Shown here piece by piece: positions 59,380-64,000 of a stretch of 64,000 nt of DNA. Origin of the DNA: Sphingobacteriales bacterium (GTDB lineage: Bacteria > Bacteroidota > Bacteroidia > Chitinophagales > UBA2359). The stretch's first letter is position 1. Each line of letters begins with the position of its first letter. The notes below the pieces were generated by a model that had not been told where the DNA came from, searched no databases, and saw only the letters and a list, made by a program, of their open reading frames with translations. A program made the translations under genes and the position numbers. The stretch covers positions 56,919 to 120,918 of the forward strand of contig JADJTE010000009.1 in NCBI GenBank assembly GCA_016711295.1, written 5' to 3'.

Positions 59380-61542
59380 ATGGTTACATTTGTCATCAAC
59401 CTCCATTCGGGTATACCCAACTTAGCCCTCGCCGAGCCATTCTTGTATCCATTAGAAAAAGAAGGCAAATTGCAACTCATTTTTCAGGCAGCCGACAACC
59501 TGCCCGACCGCATTGCTATGGCAGCCGTATTAGTGCGGCGGCACTTAGAACGTTTGGCTTATACCCAATGGCAAGCCGTATTTCTGGTCAAAACAGGTGG
59601 CGAACAACGCCATACCTACCGCGATAGTATATCGGGGCAATTATTGCTTATTAGGCGTTTGTTTCTCGAAAACACTTCTATCAATACCAAGCCCAGCCAA
59701 GCATATATCATCGCTATTGACCAAGTAAACGAAGACGAAGCCATACCTGCTATCCAAGTAAGCGACGTATACCGCGATAGCTGGGAATTGGATACCGCTG
59801 GTTTTGTGCGCAACGAGCAGCGTTTTTTTATCACCGAAGCACAGCTGCAAAACCTCGACCAACTGTGGCGTAACCAAGTAAAAGTCAGTGCCGATACTAT
59901 CGTCAATCTTGGATTTCAACGCCTACCTTTTGAGTTGCAAGAATCAGTTAATAAAGCAACGCAAGCCATAGCCCAAGCCGCCGAACAATATTTAGACCCG
60001 CAACGCATCGATTTCAGCCATTATGCGCTAACGCGCCAAATAAACTATATCGATGCCGATATGGTGCGCCAAATATACCAAACTTTTACCCAACGCTTTG
60101 GTGCATTAAAAAATGACCCCACGCGCTATGCCAATTTTTCGCCCGCCGACCTGCTGCGCGGCTGTATATCCGAGCGTCTGGGTATTTTTACGCCCGACAA
60201 CGAACAACTATACCGCTTGCTGCGCTTCCCGCTACACACACGAGGCTATTTTTCAGCAATACCTACTGCGCCTCTCTATCCTGTGGCAATGATTGCGAAC
60301 CAAGAAGATGCCATCAAACAATTAGCCCGAAAAAACTATACCGTCGCCATCGATTTTGACAACGCCGAACTACAACAAGCTATCCGCAACTACTTGGAAC
60401 ATCTGCACAATACCGAACAACGATACCAAAACCGCGTCAATGCCTCACCGTCTGTATCGCTGCCACAACTCGACAACAAAGATTGCTCGTGTAATGTAAC
60501 CTTAGAACGCAGCGTGCCCGCACCCATCGAAATAGGTTTTCTGCGCACTAATGGCGACCTCTATGCTTGGGATACTTGGAACCAACAAATAGCCCGACAC
60601 TTAGAAGAATATAGCCTCCAATCGCGCAAAAAAATAGAAAGTTGTATCCAAGAAAACCAAACCAAACAATCGCAAGTAGTAGTGCGCGATATTCCGAACC
60701 TCGACGAACGGCACAGCGAATTAGAACGCAGCAAAACAACACTCCAAGGAGCAGTAGCGCATAGTTTTATTGCCAACCACGGCTCGGTATTTAATTGGTA
60801 TAATTTTCAGCGCGAAAAAGAAGAATTATTCAAGCCCAAATTGTTTAGCCGACCCAGCCGCAACGAAATAACTTGGCTGCTCGTTGCCCTTACTTTGGTG
60901 ATGACCTTGCCGTTCTGGAATACATATATCTATGACATCGAAATTGGCTACCAACTATTTTATTATGCCATTATCGGTTTTGTCATGCTTAGTTTGGGCT
61001 TAATCGCTTTTTGGCTCGCCAAACGCTATTACCACCGCAGTTTTATGAAACTCTTGCTGTCGGTACAAGAAAAAGCCCTTCTGCTGCGCACCCAAATCTA
61101 CGACGATTTTGAACGCCGCAAAGATTATATCAAATCGCTGTGCCAACTCAATATCGTGCGCTATAACTACGAACAACTACAAAATGCCCGTCAACGACGC
61201 ACCGAAACTAATGTCATACTGACTATCACCGCCGCAAACTCGCCGGAACACAAAGATATTGCCCGCCAAATTATGCGCATATTTAATACCGACGAGCAAA
61301 GCATGACCGCTACCATGCGCCTCGACGAAGCTACCACCGACCCCAAACCCGAACTACCCGTGTACGAAAATGCCGTCTATACGCCCACTACATTCCTATC
61401 AGCTAAAATGCCCACCGAAGGTATCGAAAATGTCCGCATCGAAAATATACCTATTGCCATCAAACATCCATTAGCCAAATTAGCCACTCGAATTGTGCTT
61501 GATCGCGATAAAATTTACCAGAAAAAAAACCTAACTGCTTGA
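59380..61542 (+). CDS. large hypothetical protein with two C-proximal TM helices
   Basis: This is a 720-aa uninterrupted ORF. Hydrophobic segments are ITWLLVALTLVMTLPFW and YYAIIGFVMLSLGLIAFWLA. I see no recognisable catalytic motif. Confidence 0.5.
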   Translation: MVTFVINLHSGIPNLALAEPFLYPLEKEGKLQLIFQAADNLPDRIAMAAVLVRRHLERLAYTQWQAVFLVKTGGEQRHTYRDSISGQLLLIRRLFLENTSINTKPSQAYIIAIDQVNEDEAIPAIQVSDVYRDSWELDTAGFVRNEQRFFITEAQLQNLDQLWRNQVKVSADTIVNLGFQRLPFELQESVNKATQAIAQAAEQYLDPQRIDFSHYALTRQINYIDADMVRQIYQTFTQRFGALKNDPTRYANFSPADLLRGCISERLGIFTPDNEQLYRLLRFPLHTRGYFSAIPTAPLYPVAMIANQEDAIKQLARKNYTVAIDFDNAELQQAIRNYLEHLHNTEQRYQNRVNASPSVSLPQLDNKDCSCNVTLERSVPAPIEIGFLRTNGDLYAWDTWNQQIARHLEEYSLQSRKKIESCIQENQTKQSQVVVRDIPNLDERHSELERSKTTLQGAVAHSFIANHGSVFNWYNFQREKEELFKPKLFSRPSRNEITWLLVALTLVMTLPFWNTYIYDIEIGYQLFYYAIIGFVMLSLGLIAFWLAKRYYHRSFMKLLLSVQEKALLLRTQIYDDFERRKDYIKSLCQLNIVRYNYEQLQNARQRRTETNVILTITAANSPEHKDIARQIMRIFNTDEQSMTATMRLDEATTDPKPELPVYENAVYTPTTFLSAKMPTEGIENVRIENIPIAIKHPLAKLATRIVLDRDKIYQKKNLTA

Positions 61543-61690
61543 TAATCAATACATCTAACGCATTCTTTTTTTCGGTAAAGTGCCAAAAATGTTATGGCGA
61601 AGTGCCGTGCGTAAAGCGTATTTTTGTATCTATAAAGTTAAAAAGCCTAAATTTTACTGTATAAAACATGTTCAAAAAGAAAAAATACCT

Positions 61691-61698
61691 TACCTTTG
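61691..61698 (+). promoter_or_regulatory. candidate -7 box (TACCTTTG)
   Basis: This matches TAnnTTTG 67 nt upstream of the ATG at 61765. Confidence 0.45.
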
Positions 61699-61764
61699 TA
61701 TCGATAAAATCATTCTCCTTCCCTTTTCTACTTCTTAACAAATAACCCATCTATTTTTATTACA

Positions 61765-62469
61765 ATGATGAAACAATTCTTACTTACTGCTATATTGGTA
61801 GTAACAAGTATCACCGCTGTTTGGGCACAAGCATTAGTAGTTCAGCCTGCTAATATGCCTATCACGATACAAGGCTATTATGACGAAAATGAAATTGTAG
61901 CCCATGCTACAGTACTCAATAATACGGGCAGCACTGTATCGCTCAAATGGCAGCGTACTGTCAACAACCTATCGCAAGATTGGTCGGCACTTATCTGTGA
62001 TGCCGAAACCTGCTGGGGTCCTAATACCCACACCAATACCGTCGTACTACCTGCAGGGCAAACAAGTTTAATGGACTGCCACTTCCGTCCCAACGACGCG
62101 CCTGGCGTAGGAAATGTAACCGTCAAAGCCTGGGTCGTTGGTGATAGCGCAGCAACCGTACAAACTATTGAATACGAATGTAGCGCGCTCATCTTAGGTA
62201 TCAGCGAACCCTACCCGCGTGGCACTATTAGCGTGTATCCCAACCCCGCTAACAATTATACCAATATTACGTTTAGTGCCTATGACCAAGTGCGCAGCAT
62301 CGAAATCCACAACATTATCGGCAATCGTGTAGCAAGCTATACCATACCCGCAAGTACAGAAACTTATTACGTCAATACCGAAGAACTACAAGAAGGATTA
62401 TACTTCGTAAGCCTATATAACGAACAACGCAAACGGGTAAGCACCAAAGCATTTTCAAAAGTGCGCTAA
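61765..62469 (+). CDS. secreted protein with T9SS C-terminal sorting domain
   Basis: It has a signal peptide (ILVVTSITAVWAQA). The C-terminal tail is VYPNPANNYTNITF...IHNIIGNRV...GLYFVSLYN. Confidence 0.7.
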   Translation: MMKQFLLTAILVVTSITAVWAQALVVQPANMPITIQGYYDENEIVAHATVLNNTGSTVSLKWQRTVNNLSQDWSALICDAETCWGPNTHTNTVVLPAGQTSLMDCHFRPNDAPGVGNVTVKAWVVGDSAATVQTIEYECSALILGISEPYPRGTISVYPNPANNYTNITFSAYDQVRSIEIHNIIGNRVASYTIPASTETYYVNTEELQEGLYFVSLYNEQRKRVSTKAFSKVR

Positions 62470-62572
62470 GGTTTCCTAAGCAGCAAACTCCTTTCTTAGC
62501 AATTAGGGAGCATTCTCAATCGCCAAATTACTGCAATTGAGGATGCTGTCGTTCATTTTCTAACAGTTTAGC

Positions 62573-63698
62573 CTAAGCAGTACGCGCCTTTTTGCGCTTG
62601 CCATATTCATAAGCCACCTGAAATAAGATGAATAGCAGAATCATATACGCTATTAGCAACAAGGTATAGGCGGGTTGCCAAATAGGAAACAAATATCGAT
62701 GTACATAATACACCAAACAGAGGTGTAGGGCAGATAATGCCACAAAAACCAATGCTACTTGCGCGTCGCTCAAACCACAATAAGCTAAATGGTGTGTCGT
62801 ATGGTCGCGACCACCGACAGAAGGCGATTGACCACGCCATAAGCGGCGCACGGTTACGGTAGTGGTATCGATAATTGGCAACAAAACAATAAAGCGGGCA
62901 GCAATAATTGGCGCAGGACCAATGCCGTATTCCGTATCGCGAAAATGCCACACATATATAATACTTAGGGCTGCAAACAATACGCCCAATAGTTGGCTGC
63001 CTGCGTCGCCCATAAACATACGCGAGTGCTCATTTGTGCAGGAAACCCAGTAATCCGCCCAACATAGCAACTGCTATTACACAAAAAGCAAGTGCCATTT
63101 GTCCGTCCAAGGCGGCCAAGGTCAAAATGCCCAATAGTATAAATAACGATACAGAAGCCGTAATTCCGTCCATATTATCTAACATGTTCAGCGAATTCAT
63201 GATACCCACTACCCAACAAATAGTAAATAACGCATTTAACGGCATTATATCGCTGATGGGAATAACTATACCGCCCATAAGGAGCAGTACCGCACATAAC
63301 AATTGACCCGCCAATTTATAACGTGGGCTAATTTGGCGCATATCATCTATCAACCCCACCAAAAAACCAAGCGCACACGCAGCAATAAAGCTATACCACT
63401 GTTGCCAATTGGGTATTTCGATGCTAATGCCGCATTGTAGCAGCAAAAAAATGGTCAGCAGCCCCAGCAAAAAAGCGATACTAAACCCTATACCGCCTAT
63501 GGCAGGCTTGGGTACTGCTGCCCAGCGCACCCAATCGGCGGTTTGGTGGTTGGCTTGGGGCATACCTACATGTCGGAGGCTTTGCAGTAGCCACGCATTG
63601 AAGGCCATACAGCAGAATGCAATTGTAATAGCGATAACTTTGTAGGCTATCAGCAAATCGGCATAGTGCTGCCATAAATAGCGGAAGTCGTTTATCAT
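62573..63698 (-). CDS. polyprenyl-phosphate N-acetylhexosamine-1-phosphate transferase (MraY/WecA family); one frame break (~63030-63070)
   Basis: ORFs 63030-63698 and 62573-63070 join. The motifs NSLNMLDNMDGITASV and FMGDAGSQLLG are present, and the protein is polytopic. Confidence 0.8.
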
Positions 63699-63738
63699 AC
63701 AAATAAAAATCCATTGGTCAGTTTGTCTATCTTTTCTA

Positions 63739-64000
63739 TCAAGGCTTCATCACATAACCGCAATAGCTTCGGCGCAGCGCACCATCAATTGCAGCCGAGA
63801 CTATGCCACCCGCATAGCCTGCCCCTTCGCCGCAGGGGTATAAACCGCCTACTTGGGGGTGTTGCAAGGTATCGGGTTGGCGTGGAATGCGCACAGGTGA
63901 AGATGTGCGCGACTCAACGCCGACCAATATGGCTTCGTCGGTATAGTAGTGGCTTGCGCGGCGGCAAAAAGCAGCCAAGCCGCCGTGTAGGTGTTGTGCT
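63739..64000 (-). CDS. FAD-dependent oxidoreductase-like protein, C-terminal part; continues beyond window end
   Basis: The C-terminus GGLYPCGEGAGYAGGIVSAAIDG is typical of COG2509-type FAD proteins. The frame stays open to the window edge. Confidence 0.5.
   Translation of the reverse strand, partial: AQHLHGGLAAFCRRASHYYTDEAILVGVESRTSSPVRIPRQPDTLQHPQVGGLYPCGEGAGYAGGIVSAAIDGALRRSYCGYVMKP

Overview
This 64-kb window looks like a chromosomal segment of a Bacteroidota genome. The phylum call rests on several ORFs ending in T9SS C-terminal sorting domains and on TAnnTTTG-type -7 boxes upstream of genes. Most of it is housekeeping: prfC, proS, mtgA, ffh, yidD, recX, era, gmhB, aroB, aroC, a DAHP synthase/chorismate mutase, ispB-like, an ABC-F ATPase, an aldehyde dehydrogenase, a sulfur-handling cluster and several secreted T9SS proteins. 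The stand-out feature is a complete diversity-generating retroelement (DGR) at about 38.9-43.0 kb. It has an HRDC-domain accessory gene translationally coupled to a reverse transcriptase, a 122-nt template repeat (TR), and a convergent 659-aa target gene. The C-terminal FGE/C-type-lectin-like domain of that target carries the matching variable repeat (VR). Of 22 TR/VR mismatches, 19 fall on TR adenines, and 11 of 12 AAC codons are recoded. The layout is unusual. The TR is antisense to the RT and lies just 3' of the target gene, with its own candidate -7 box and terminator. The TR 3' flank is reverse-complementary to the sequence just 3' of the VR. The target has a long N-terminal region I cannot assign and no signal peptide. 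The cassette is bracketed by two different tandem repeat arrays (about 126-bp units, and a 371-bp super-unit). It also sits inside a roughly 10-kb segment bounded by about 206-bp direct repeats, running from the 3' end of gmhB to just before a tRNA-Ser. Two MITE-like repeat families are present, one with clear 8-bp target-site duplications. Caveat: about 17 genes, including essential ones, are frame-broken as assembled. The four breaks I traced to the base (five with an internal repeat comparison) lie in homopolymer runs, so most are probably sequencing or assembly errors rather than real pseudogenes. No rRNA, CRISPR array or cas genes were seen.
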